From NCBI GenBank assembly GCA_965205865.1, contig CBDBHR010000030.1, positions 608,001 to 672,000 of the forward strand: a DNA stretch of 64,000 nt, in the 5' to 3' direction. The stretch's first letter is position 1, and each line of letters opens with the position of its first letter. Below, piece by piece: positions 12,425 through 22,719 of this stretch. This DNA comes from a bacterium (lineage in GTDB: Bacteria > SAR324 > NAC60-12). The position numbers and the translations under genes were made by a program. Under the pieces are notes generated by a model, which was not told the origin of the DNA, searched no databases, and saw nothing but the letters and a program-made list of their open reading frames with translations.

Positions 12425-14386
12425 CTAACCTGCCTCCGTTAAGCGAGCCTGAGTGGATTCGAGTTCGATGGTCAATTTTTCCCACATTTGGAGGTCTGCG
12501 GAAAGCTGGACAGTCAGCTTTTCTTTTTGTTGCCGCAAATCGCGGATTTGTTCAGGCTCGGTGATTTTATAAAAATCAAGACCACTGAATTGCGTATCGA
12601 TCGCCACAATTTCATTTTCCTGCAATGCGATGGATTTTTCCAATCGCATATTTTTTTTTGAGAGTTGGCTCACCAGGCGCTTCAACTCCTTTCGTTCTGC
12701 AAGAGTAAGGATTTTTGCAGGTACTTTCTTTTTTTTCTGTTTCTTTTTTGCACGAAAATCAACCGTGTCACGTTCCAGGTAATCTATCTCGTAATAATTC
12801 ACATACTCCGCATAAGTGCCTTTGAAGTTTCGTACTCCCTTCTCAGTCAATGCTAATACTCGGGTCGCCACATTGGACACGAAGCGTCGGTCATGGGTCA
12901 CGAACAACAATGTTCCTTGATAGGCATTCAAAGCATCTTCCAACGCTTCCACTCCCTGAAGATCGAGATGGTTGGTGGGCTCATCAAAGATCAAGACGTT
13001 CCCTTTTTCCAGCATCATTTTGGCAAACAGTAAACGGGCGGTTTCCCCTCCGCTGAGCGCTTCCAATTCTTTGTGGACATCATCTCCCGAAAACAATACC
13101 CGGCCCAATAATCCACGTATCGCGCCGATGCTTTCCTGTGGCGCGAATTGATAAAGCCACTCGTAAACACTTTTCTTTTCCGTAGAATGGAGGCGTGCAA
13201 AAATAGAGCTATGGTCCTGGGCAAAATAGGAGTAATGGGTTTCGTATCCCCATTCGCATGTGCCAAGGTCGGCTTTCAACTCCTCTACCATGATTTTCAA
13301 CAAAGTGGATTTGCCGATGCCGTTGGGTCCGATGACAGCCACTTTGTCCCCTCGCATTGCCGTAAAATCCACTTGGCGTAAGACACAATGAGTCTCGAAG
13401 GATTTGGAAATGCCTCTCATCTTCAGCACTTCCTGGCCGGAGTGCCGAAATTGTTCAAATCGCAAGTGGGGAGACACGCGGGATGTTTGCTTGATTTCGG
13501 GAAACTCGATCCTTTCGATTTGTTTGACACGGGACTGGGCTTGACGGGCTTTGGTCGCTTTAGCGCGGAAGCGGTCCACAAATGCCCGCATTTCTGCTTG
13601 CTTTTTCTGCAGACGGACATGTTCCTTGTGTTTTTGTTCCATCATCTGCGTTTTATTTTCCACAAACAGATCGTAATTGCCGTTATAAAGATCAACCGTT
13701 TCGAAATCCACATCAACGATATGCAGGCACACCGCATTGAGAAAGTCCCGGTCGTGTGAAACCATCAGGATGGTTCCCGGAAAAACGTTGCTCAAGAAAT
13801 TTTCCAACCAGGCAATAGAAACAATATCCAAATGGTTCGATGGTTCATCCAGCAGCAACACATCAGGCTCCTGAAACAAGAGTTGGGCCAGTAAAACCCG
13901 GAGCTTGAATCCTCCCGAAAGCTTACTCATCAGGTCAAAATGGTATTCGGAGGCAATACCCAGTCCCGACAACAGTTCGGATGCGAAACTTTCCGCATTG
14001 TAGCCGTTTTGATGCCCAATGATTTCTTCCAATTCTCCCAAACGGTGTCCAGTCTCGGCTTCCATGACTCCCTGTTCCAGCAGCCGTTCTTTTTCCCGGA
14101 GCGCCTTCCATAGAACGGGTTTCCCCTGCAAGAGGACATCGATCACTCGCTGGGACTCGTATTGAAAATGATCTTGACGCAATGTGCCGAGCTTCATTTC
14201 CGGGGAAAAGGATATTTCTCCGTCAACGGGCCGTTCTTCTGCGGAGATCAGGCGTAGCAGCGTAGTCTTTCCGGAACCATTGGCTCCGACGATGCCATAA
14301 TGCTTGCCGGGGTCGAAACGCAAGGTGACGTTTTCAAATAAAACATTTTGACCATATCGCATGGTCAGGTTTGATAAAGCAATCAT
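12425..14386 (-). CDS. ABC-F family ATPase
   Basis: Two NBDs (GANGSGKT, GPNGIGKST, LSGG, DEPTNHLD), inter-ABC linker, C-terminal coiled coil, no TM segments. Confidence 0.92.
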   Translation of the reverse strand: MIALSNLTMRYGQNVLFENVTLRFDPGKHYGIVGANGSGKTTLLRLISAEERPVDGEISFSPEMKLGTLRQDHFQYESQRVIDVLLQGKPVLWKALREKERLLEQGVMEAETGHRLGELEEIIGHQNGYNAESFASELLSGLGIASEYHFDLMSKLSGGFKLRVLLAQLLFQEPDVLLLDEPSNHLDIVSIAWLENFLSNVFPGTILMVSHDRDFLNAVCLHIVDVDFETVDLYNGNYDLFVENKTQMMEQKHKEHVRLQKKQAEMRAFVDRFRAKATKARQAQSRVKQIERIEFPEIKQTSRVSPHLRFEQFRHSGQEVLKMRGISKSFETHCVLRQVDFTAMRGDKVAVIGPNGIGKSTLLKIMVEELKADLGTCEWGYETHYSYFAQDHSSIFARLHSTEKKSVYEWLYQFAPQESIGAIRGLLGRVLFSGDDVHKELEALSGGETARLLFAKMMLEKGNVLIFDEPTNHLDLQGVEALEDALNAYQGTLLFVTHDRRFVSNVATRVLALTEKGVRNFKGTYAEYVNYYEIDYLERDTVDFRAKKKQKKKKVPAKILTLAERKELKRLVSQLSKKNMRLEKSIALQENEIVAIDTQFSGLDFYKITEPEQIRDLRQQKEKLTVQLSADLQMWEKLTIELESTQARLTEAG

Positions 14387-14599
14387 GGGGCACAACAAAC
14401 AGAAATGAAAATGGATTGAAATATCATTTGATTACGCTAATTTGAATCTTGCGCTTTAGAGACGAACAGACGCTTCTGGTGAAATACATGGCTCAAAGCA
14501 ACTGTCGGGTTAATCCATACAGGCTGCACGGGTTGACTTGGTTTGAGTGAAAATCCATGTTCGTTGGTTGAGAATGATCAGCAATTAGGAGGAAATTCC

Positions 14600-14980
14600 A
14601 TGCCTGCCAGCAAGGACATGCAAATACTGGTTGTCGACGATTTTTCCACAATGAGGCGGCTTTTAATAGATGTATTACGCCAGCTTGGGTTCAATAATAT
14701 CATAGAAGCCGATGATGGAACAACTGCCATGGTAAAACTGTCTTCTGAGAAAATCGACTTGGTGATCACCGACTGGAATATGCCAAAAATGACGGGAATG
14801 GAACTATTGAAGAATATTCGCGCAGATGCCGGATTAAAGTCCATTCCGGTATTGATGGTCACCGCAGAGGCATTTCAGGAAAATATCATTGCCGCCGTAA
14901 AAGCCGGGGTGAGCAATTACATAGTCCAGCCCTTCAACGCAACAATCCTGGCTGATAAAATCAATACAATATTCTCTTGA
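14600..14980 (+). CDS. cheY: CheY-like single-domain response regulator
   Basis: ILVVDDFSTMRR, TDWNMP, MVTAEA; AGGAGG RBS before ATG 14600; the conserved Lys appears as Gln (YIVQPF). Confidence 0.85.
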   Translation: MPASKDMQILVVDDFSTMRRLLIDVLRQLGFNNIIEADDGTTAMVKLSSEKIDLVITDWNMPKMTGMELLKNIRADAGLKSIPVLMVTAEAFQENIIAAVKAGVSNYIVQPFNATILADKINTIFS

Positions 14981-15066
14981 ATAAAAGAGCATTCATCATA
15001 TTTTGAAATTCCGGACATGCGGGAGGATTGGCGCGAGTTTTTCTGACGCAATTGCTGTTACCAGGG

Positions 15067-16014
15067 TCAGTTTTCAGCGTCCGGACAACGAGCCTTCCGT
15101 ATAATTTTTCCCAGTTCCCGGAAATGGTAATTGAGCACGTTCAAGATGATTCCGATACCAAAACTGCCGAAGCTCAAAAGCATGCATGCCGATGAGAGAA
15201 CGGCGGTGGGTACTTTATCGACATACCGGTCTTCCAAAAAATCAATAATGACCGTTATTCCGGTTCCCAACGAGAGGAATCCAAAAAATAATCCGATAAA
15301 TCCAAAAAACGTGAAGGGTTTATAAGCTTTGGCAATCGTCATTATCTGCGAAAGCACGCGACAGCCATCACGGAAGGTATGAAGCTTCGAGTACGATCCG
15401 ACCGGCCGCTCCCGATAGGGGACTGGTATTTCCCGGATCGTGAAGCCATGATCCAGCGCTCTCAGGGTGAGTTCTGTTTCCACCTCGAATCCCGAGGAAA
15501 GCACCGGAATCGTTTCAACAAATTCCCGAGTGACCCCCCGATAGCCCGACATGATATCGTTCAGACGGCTTTGGAAAATCCAATTGACAAGAGATTTGAC
15601 AAGATTGTTGCCAAAAACATGAAAGCGTGGAAACGATTTGGATTTGTCGGTACGCTCTCCCATACGAGTCGCCACAGTCATACCCGCATCCCCTGCAAAC
15701 AAAGGTTCCAGAAGGGACGAGGCGTATTCTGCAGGATAGGTGTCGTCTCCATCGACCAGCAAATAATAGTCGGCGTGAATTTTTTTGAACATGGAGGCGA
15801 TCACGCACCCTTTTCCAAGACTTTTTTCCTCCTGTACCACCGCACCGGCCTGGCGAGCAATCTCCGGAGTTTGATCATTACAGTTGTTGTCAAAAACATA
15901 AATGTCCGCTTCAGGCAACTGTCGCTGAAAATCGCGAATGACTTTGCCAATCGTCAATTCTTCATTGAGGCATGGAATCAAAACCGCAACTTTGACGTCA
16001 TCAGTTGAATTCAT
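15067..16014 (-). CDS. GT2 family glycosyltransferase (polyprenol-phosphate type)
   Basis: IPCLNEE, VDGDDTY (DxD), GFEVETE and two C-terminal TM helices. Confidence 0.9.
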   Translation of the reverse strand: MNSTDDVKVAVLIPCLNEELTIGKVIRDFQRQLPEADIYVFDNNCNDQTPEIARQAGAVVQEEKSLGKGCVIASMFKKIHADYYLLVDGDDTYPAEYASSLLEPLFAGDAGMTVATRMGERTDKSKSFPRFHVFGNNLVKSLVNWIFQSRLNDIMSGYRGVTREFVETIPVLSSGFEVETELTLRALDHGFTIREIPVPYRERPVGSYSKLHTFRDGCRVLSQIMTIAKAYKPFTFFGFIGLFFGFLSLGTGITVIIDFLEDRYVDKVPTAVLSSACMLLSFGSFGIGIILNVLNYHFRELGKIIRKARCPDAEN

Positions 16015-16043
16015 GGGTTTCAGGAGTTCCTCGAGTTGCGCGA

Positions 16044-16718
16044 TTATCTGCTATACTTCTTTTTCAGTTCTCGCAATTCCTGTTCAATCTCACGAGACGC
16101 AGAGGATTTTATATCGGTATTGTCGGAATGGGTTTCCCTTCTTGCCGAAGTACCGGATTGTTTCATTTTTTTCAATTCAGCCTCGATTTCTTCCATGATG
16201 GAATGATTATTATCCTGAAAAGACCGGGGTTCTCCGGTGGGTTCCGTATCCTCTTCTTTCCAGGCAGTAACAAATTCCTGAAAAACTTTCAAAGCCCAGT
16301 CGACCAGCAACTCTAATGGATCTTTGAATTGGAGTCCGAACTTGCCGAGCAACTCTTCCACATCAGCCAGCAAATTTTCCAACGAATCGTCAGTCGTTTC
16401 CGTAAAGGGTTCAGAGGAGGGGCGCCTGTAGGTGGTTCTGGTTGTTTTAGAAGCACGAGACTGTTGTCGGAATCTTTGTTGCTCAGCCGAGTTGCTTTGA
16501 AATTGAAGATCATAGCTGCGACGCCTGGATGGATCATTCAACGTTTCATAGGCTTTGGTCAGTAAAATGAACTGTTTTTGTAACTTCTGCTTTTCTTCCG
16601 GGTTTTTATTGTGATACAAGTCGGGGTGACAACGCTTTGCTTCCCGACGGAAAGCTTTGCGGATCTCATCGGAAGAAGCGTGGGGCGCAATTTTCAAAAT
16701 TTGATAATAATTCATCAT
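16044..16718 (-). CDS. DnaJ-domain protein
   Basis: NYYQIL, HPD and AYETL J-domain motifs; no Zn finger. Confidence 0.85.
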   Translation of the reverse strand: MMNYYQILKIAPHASSDEIRKAFRREAKRCHPDLYHNKNPEEKQKLQKQFILLTKAYETLNDPSRRRSYDLQFQSNSAEQQRFRQQSRASKTTRTTYRRPSSEPFTETTDDSLENLLADVEELLGKFGLQFKDPLELLVDWALKVFQEFVTAWKEEDTEPTGEPRSFQDNNHSIMEEIEAELKKMKQSGTSARRETHSDNTDIKSSASREIEQELRELKKKYSR

Positions 16719-16751
16719 AAACTCAAAACTTTACCGTAAAGGAGACAGTCT

Positions 16752-17354
16752 ATGCGCATTGTCTACTTCGATTTGGAAACAAAATACTCTGCAGATGAAG
16801 TGGGAGGTTGGAACAACATTGAAGACATGGGGATGTCTGTCGGGATTTTGTGGGATACTTCAGATACGCAATTTCATATCTACTTGGAAAATCAGATTCA
16901 GGAACTGATTGATCACTGCAAACGGGCTGATTTGGTGGTTGGTTTCAATCATATTGGATTTGATTTTCGAGTAGTTGCAGGAGTATTGCGCGCTAGTACC
17001 GATGAACGCCGCCGTCTGTATACCGAACTGGTGGAATTGAACAACCTGGACATGCTCTCGGAACTCAATAAAATTTTAGGACATCGCCTGAAACTGGATA
17101 CGATTGCTCGTCCCACTCTGGGCGTTGGTAAATCTGCTGATGGATTGCAAGCATTGCAGTGGTACAAAGAAGGCAAACTCGACAAGATCGTTAAATACTG
17201 CAAAGACGATGTTGCCGTGACCCGTGATGTGTACCATTATGCTCTGGAACATGGAGAACTTCTCTATGAATCCTATAGTGGGATAAAAACCGTCAAAACC
17301 CCATGGTCTTTGGAAAAGCCAAAAAAAGAAATTGAACAAATGTCTTTATTTTAA
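16752..17354 (+). CDS. DEDD-type / RNase H-like exonuclease domain protein (YprB-like)
   Basis: YFDLET, GFNHIGFD, YCKDDV motifs. Confidence 0.8.
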   Translation: MRIVYFDLETKYSADEVGGWNNIEDMGMSVGILWDTSDTQFHIYLENQIQELIDHCKRADLVVGFNHIGFDFRVVAGVLRASTDERRRLYTELVELNNLDMLSELNKILGHRLKLDTIARPTLGVGKSADGLQALQWYKEGKLDKIVKYCKDDVAVTRDVYHYALEHGELLYESYSGIKTVKTPWSLEKPKKEIEQMSLF

Positions 17355-17369
17355 TAGGGTTTTTATAAC

Positions 17370-17505
17370 CCGCAAGCACTACTTTTCGATGTAGTGTCTG
17401 ACCGGGAACCTGTTTCCCTCTCTTCTGTCCGTGAGAGCCTTGCTCCGGGGCAAAACAAAAAAAGTGCGGCGTGGATTCCCTCCCGTCGACATTATTCTTT
17501 CGCGG
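17370..17505 (-). ncRNA. Candidate structured ncRNA (long interrupted hairpin)
   Basis: Nested minus-strand pairings and an upstream TTGTGC-17-TAGATT promoter (17508-17536); family not identified. Confidence 0.4.
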
Positions 17506-17705
17506 TAAATCTAGTCGAATGTAAGGAAAAGCACAAGAATTGAGAAAAAAGCGCTTTTCATTTTAAGAAGATTTTGCCATAGTCAGCAGATTATTTCCGT
17601 AAATAAAAATAAAATCAATGACCCTGTGAGAATGAATTTTTAAGGTTCGTTTGAATTTCGGATCATGCCCTGGTGATAGTAATTTTTTAAAATGAGGAGC
17701 GATTC

Positions 17706-18819
17706 ATGACCAATGAAAAGATCAACACGTCCATTGAAAATATTGCGGAACGTTTGAGCAATTTAGAAAGGTATCTTTGAATTCCCTGCCAAAGAAGAGG
17801 AGTTGAAGGCTCTCGAAAAAAAATCCTCCCAAGATCATTTTTGGACCCTGCCCCGGGAAGAACAAACACCCATCCTGAAAAAAATTGCGCAACTTGACGA
17901 TATCCTCAAAGAACGGGATGCCCTGCTGTCCCTGCAGGAGGACTTGGTCACCGCCTATGAGTTGTATCAAGAATCGGAAGACCCTGAGTTTATGGAAGAG
18001 ATGCGGCTGAATTGTCAAAGGCTGGATACGCAACTGACCCACCTGGAAATCCTCAACTTATTTTCCGACGATCATGATGAAGGCGATGCGATTGTTACCA
18101 TTCACCCCGGAGCAGGTGGCACGGAGTCGGCAGATTGGGCATTGATGCTTTACGAAATGTATGGACGCTGGTGCAACCGGAACAAGTATAAAATGCTATT
18201 GATGGACCTGTTGCCAGGAGAGGAAGCGGGCATCAAATCGGTTACCTTTGGAATTTCAGGGAAGTATGCCTATGGACATTTAAAAACAGAAATTGGGGTC
18301 CATCGCCTGGTGCGAATCTCTCCTTTTGATGCCAATAAAAGGCGACACACCTCCTTTGCTTCAGTGTTTGTTTATGCCGATATTGAAGAAGAGATAGAGA
18401 TTGAGGTCAAAGCCGACGACATCAAAGTCGATACTTACCGAGCCAGTGGAGCCGGGGGACAGCATGTCAATACGACAGATTCGGCAGTGCGTATCACTCA
18501 CTTTCCCACCGGCATTGTCGTGCAGTGTCAGAATGAGCGTTCGCAACACAAGAATCGCGCCATCGCTATGAAAATTCTGAAAGCCCGACTTTATGAGTAT
18601 GAGCAAAAAGTGTTGAATCAAGAAAAGGACAAACTGAACAGCATGAAGCAAGATATTGCTTGGGGCAGTCAGATTCGCAGCTATGTTTTGCATCCCTACC
18701 AGATGGTCAAGGACCATCGTACGAATTTTGAAATGGGAAATTCCAATGCAGTGCTCAATGGCCAGATTGACGAATTCATCAAAGCGGCTCTTTCACAAAA
18801 GGCGTATACCCGGGTTTAA
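17706..18819 (+). CDS. prfB: Peptide chain release factor 2 with programmed +1 frameshift
   Basis: ATG 17706 is in frame to CTT TGA at 17775-17780 with an internal SD-like AAGGT; the +1 frame carries SPF and GGQ motifs. Confidence 0.97.
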
Positions 18820-18827
18820 GTGAAGAT

Positions 18828-19211
18828 TTAGTCTGCTTCCAGGTGTTGCAGCAACCATGCTTTGATTTCTCCGGTGATCGGATAAGATCCCTGCTCCCGC
18901 AACGAACCCCCTGCTTCCTCGAGAGCATCCAACAGCATCTTTTCCGGGATTTCCTTGATCTTGCCGACGACTTTGGAAATGGTTTTTCCCTGCTCTTTGA
19001 GCAACAGATGAGCTACTCCATCCCAAACTTCAATGTAAAAAAAATACCCTTGCATCGCATCGGAGCGGTGCTTGAACCGCAATAGATCCTTCAGGGAATG
19101 AATTTCTTGTTGGTTGTGGATTTCAGCGACCATTGCCGGAGTCACATGCCACTGGATATTGTCAATGATTTTGCGATTAGTTCTCAATTTCCGCAAGGCG
19201 AGCAATTTCAT
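18828..19211 (-). CDS. Conserved hypothetical protein (resembles DVU0772 family)
   Basis: IQWHVTP, YFFYIEVW, GSYPITGEIKAWL pattern; family call from recall only. Confidence 0.55.
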   Translation of the reverse strand: MKLLALRKLRTNRKIIDNIQWHVTPAMVAEIHNQQEIHSLKDLLRFKHRSDAMQGYFFYIEVWDGVAHLLLKEQGKTISKVVGKIKEIPEKMLLDALEEAGGSLREQGSYPITGEIKAWLLQHLEAD

Positions 19212-19249
19212 GAAGATTTCCCACTTATGGTCGAGTAAAAAAACACTGA

Positions 19250-19403
19250 GGAACAAACCTTAAATAACCTGTAATTCTTACAATGGTGTGAGCAAAATTG
19301 GGGGACATGTACAGCGGCATCCCAACTCTACTGTTTTATGCCTGCTGTTACGTGTCCCCTAATTTTGCGTATCCATACTTCTAACTTATTTAAATTTCAT
19401 TCC
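19250..19403. mobile_element. 154-bp MITE, copy 1
   Basis: Near-identical inverted copy at 55311-55464; imperfect TIR GGAACAAACCTTAAATAA / GGAATGAAATTTAAATAA; TGA on both flanks; long internal inverted repeat. Confidence 0.85.
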
Positions 19404-19761
19404 TGAAAGGCTTCGATGCCGGAAGCGGTTTAAAATCCCTTTCAAAAAGGACGAGCGCGCTCCCTGCGTGGCGCAGTCTCAGAGAGATTATCCGCGAGAC
19501 CGCTCAAAAGAAGTTTTGCGGCGAGAGCCAACAATTTTTTCAATATCAAAACAAATCGAATCTGTCTATAATTTCTGATTTTAATTCTCATTGAGATGCG
19601 ACGTTCATTCCTTGCATTACGAAGCTGGGCTTTCCATAGCTGCCACGGTAATGACATTTTATGTTCCCTTTTTCACCGTTGTCCACTCAATGCAACCTTA
19701 CTTGTCAGAAAATAAAATAAATTCATCAATCGTGAAAAAGAAACCTATTAGTTCCTCATTG

Positions 19762-21159
19762 ATGTCGAGCAATCGGAAGACTGAAATATTTGCCTTAAAA
19801 CGGACTTCTACATTAAGGGAAATCCGACTGCTCTTCAGTCTGGGGGCGCCTCTTATCCTGGCGCAAATGATTCAGACTTCGATGGGTTTTGTCGATACGA
19901 TCATGACGGGTCATTTCAGCGCAGTCGATTTAGCGGCCGTGGCTGTAGGGGAAAAGAGCATGATCGCTATCATTTTTGTTGGTGTCGGGTTGATCAGCTC
20001 GTTGCAAGTACTCGTTGCGAGGCTTCACGGCGCAGATGCGGAGCCTGGAAAGATTGGACTGCAAGTTGTACAAGGAATTTGGGTCGGTCAGATTTATGGA
20101 ATTTTAGCATGGGTGATTGTCAGAAACATGCTTCCCTTTATGACGTTTCTGCAAATTGAACCCCGGGTTTTTGACTTGGCGCAAGAATATATGAAAGCCT
20201 TCTCCTGGGGACTGCCGGCCACATTTTTATTTGCCTCCTTGCGGGGATATTACGAAGGGAGCTCCATCAGTCGTCTTACATTCTATTTCTGCCTAATCGG
20301 CCTGGCAGTGAACATCTTGGGCAACTATACTTTGATATTCGGTAATTTTGGCGCACCTCGACTGGGAGCGGTGGGCGCTGGCTGGAGCAGTACCATGGCC
20401 AACTGGGTGATGGTGGGTGGGTTATTGATTTATTCTCTGGTCAATAAAAAAGTAGCCAAATGCCAAATATTCTCCCGGCTCGGGAAAATTTCATGGCAGG
20501 GGATCCAACCGATTATGCGGATTGGCGCCCCGATAGGAATCAGCGTCTTCATCGAAGTATCCATCTTTGTCATTTTTTCTCTGTTGATGGTTCGTTTTGG
20601 CATCGACGTTCTGGCTGCCAATCAAATTGCCATCAACTATCTGGGTTTCATTTACATGGTACCCCTTGGCTTGGGGATGGCATCGACAACCAGGGTGGGG
20701 ATTGCATTGGGAAGAAATAATTTGAGGCAGGCGCGTTTAATTGGCGTGCTCAGTATTGGATTTGGAGGCTGTCTGATGCTGATGAGCAGCATCATTCTCA
20801 TTTTGTTTTCTCAACAGATTGCGGGAGTGTTCACAAATGATGCGGCCTTGCTGGTGATTGCGGCGAAATTTCTCGTTCTGGGAGCGTTTTTCCAGATTCC
20901 GGATGGCATTCAGGCAACATCAGTTGGCGTGTTAAGAGGATGGAAGGATACCCGGGTGACTATGATTATCATTTTCATTTCATTTTGGGTTATCGGCTTG
21001 GGTTCGGGCTACTATCTGGCATTTGTATTGGAATATGGTCCTGAAGGATTGTGGTACGGTTTGATCCTGGGACTGAGCGTGCAAGCAGTTTTATTATGCG
21101 GCAGACTCTACCACATCAGTCATCGTCGATTGCTGCACCTGAAAAACCCATCAAATTGA
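19762..21159 (+). CDS. MATE family efflux transporter (NorM-like)
   Basis: MGFVDTIMTG, FGNFGAPRLGAVGAG, FQIPDGIQ; about 12 TM helices; start uncertain. Confidence 0.92.
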   Translation: MSSNRKTEIFALKRTSTLREIRLLFSLGAPLILAQMIQTSMGFVDTIMTGHFSAVDLAAVAVGEKSMIAIIFVGVGLISSLQVLVARLHGADAEPGKIGLQVVQGIWVGQIYGILAWVIVRNMLPFMTFLQIEPRVFDLAQEYMKAFSWGLPATFLFASLRGYYEGSSISRLTFYFCLIGLAVNILGNYTLIFGNFGAPRLGAVGAGWSSTMANWVMVGGLLIYSLVNKKVAKCQIFSRLGKISWQGIQPIMRIGAPIGISVFIEVSIFVIFSLLMVRFGIDVLAANQIAINYLGFIYMVPLGLGMASTTRVGIALGRNNLRQARLIGVLSIGFGGCLMLMSSIILILFSQQIAGVFTNDAALLVIAAKFLVLGAFFQIPDGIQATSVGVLRGWKDTRVTMIIIFISFWVIGLGSGYYLAFVLEYGPEGLWYGLILGLSVQAVLLCGRLYHISHRRLLHLKNPSN

Positions 21160-21177
21160 AGATCATAACAGGCATTT

Positions 21178-22674
21178 ATGGAAATTCCCCTTATCTCCTT
21201 GGATAAAATCACAGCAATCATCCGGGGGCGAACAATTTTGCCGGACACCTCATGGCAGGTCTACCAAAATCAAAACTGGGCGGTGATAGGTCCCAATGGC
21301 TCCGGAAAATCATCGCTGTGTCGCATACTACTGGGAGAACTGCCTGTCTGTCGGGGCCGTATGAAACGAGATCCGCAGCTTTATGCTCAAAATGGAATGG
21401 CCTATGTTTCGTTTAACGTCCAACAGCAACTGATGATTCGGGAAGACCGGGAAGATATTGCGCGGGCATACAAAGGCGCGGTGGATGAAGTCACCACGGT
21501 TCGAGAAATTATCATGGCCGTCAAAGCCAATGAGCTGGATTCTGCCGGTTTCGAGAAAATTGTAACTCAACTCCATATGCAACATCTTGCGGATCATGGC
21601 GTTCGCACTTTGTCTCATGGAGAAATCCGCAAAATGATGATCGCGCGCGGGATGGCGAAAAGACCCCGGCTTCTCATTCTGGATGAGCCTTTTGACGGAT
21701 TGGACGCGGCGTCTCGAGTGATGCTTTCCGAAACTATCAACTATCTGATGGAGCATGATTTGAAAATGCTCCTCATCACCCACCACTTGGAGGAAATTCC
21801 TGAAAAAATCACCCACGTCTTATGCTTGAAAGATTGTAAAATTTTCTTGCAAGGGAAAAAGGAAAACATCTTGAACTCCCCGTCCCTCAAATGTCTTTAT
21901 GAGGGGCATGAACTGAACCGAAAACTCCTGCCAAAATTCGACAATTCCCGGCAATTGCTGGAACAGGCGCCCGGCGAAGATTTGGTTTCCATGAAAAATG
22001 TGAGGGTTCGATATGGTGCGATGACGGTGCTGAGCGGGCTCAATTGGACAATGAAAAAAGGCGAGCACTGGGCAATTATGGGTCCCAATGGCGCAGGGAA
22101 ATCGACGTTGTTGAATTTGATTTCCGCGGACAATCTGCAAGCCTATTCCAATGAGATTTATCTTTTTGGTAGAAGAAGAGGGACGGGAGAGAGCATTTGG
22201 GACATAAAAAAGAAGATCGGAAAAGTCTCAGCAGAGTTTCAGATACGCTATTACAGTCATCTGAGTACCGCGCACGTGATTCTTTCCGGATTTTTTGATT
22301 CGATCGGACTCTACCGGCAATTCACTTCGGAGCAGCGTTTGACTACCTTGCAGTGGATACGGATACTTTCCCTCGAAGACAATGCTGATACCCCATTCGA
22401 CCAGCTTTCCCAAGGACAGCAGCGCATGGTATTGCTCGCCAGGGCGATGGTCAAATCCCCGTTGCTGCTTATTTTGGACGAGCCCTGCCAGGGACTGGAT
22501 TATGCCAATCGAAGAAAAGTCCTCGATTTGGTCGATTTTATAGCAGAAAATACTGAAGTTCATGTCCTGTATGTGACGCATCACATGGATGAGTCCCTAT
22601 CCTGTATCAATAGAGTCCTGCAATTCAAACGCTCGTCTCAAGGATTTTTTCAGACTCGGATCAAGGCCCTTTGA
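21178..22674 (+). CDS. ModF-like double ABC ATPase
   Basis: Two NBDs; GEHWAIMGPNGAGKSTLL, GRRRGTGESIWDIKKKIG. Confidence 0.85.
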   Translation: MEIPLISLDKITAIIRGRTILPDTSWQVYQNQNWAVIGPNGSGKSSLCRILLGELPVCRGRMKRDPQLYAQNGMAYVSFNVQQQLMIREDREDIARAYKGAVDEVTTVREIIMAVKANELDSAGFEKIVTQLHMQHLADHGVRTLSHGEIRKMMIARGMAKRPRLLILDEPFDGLDAASRVMLSETINYLMEHDLKMLLITHHLEEIPEKITHVLCLKDCKIFLQGKKENILNSPSLKCLYEGHELNRKLLPKFDNSRQLLEQAPGEDLVSMKNVRVRYGAMTVLSGLNWTMKKGEHWAIMGPNGAGKSTLLNLISADNLQAYSNEIYLFGRRRGTGESIWDIKKKIGKVSAEFQIRYYSHLSTAHVILSGFFDSIGLYRQFTSEQRLTTLQWIRILSLEDNADTPFDQLSQGQQRMVLLARAMVKSPLLLILDEPCQGLDYANRRKVLDLVDFIAENTEVHVLYVTHHMDESLSCINRVLQFKRSSQGFFQTRIKAL

Positions 22675-22719
22675 GTGATATCTGTGCCAATCCTTGCCAG
22701 GTTTCAAAGGGAACGGCAG

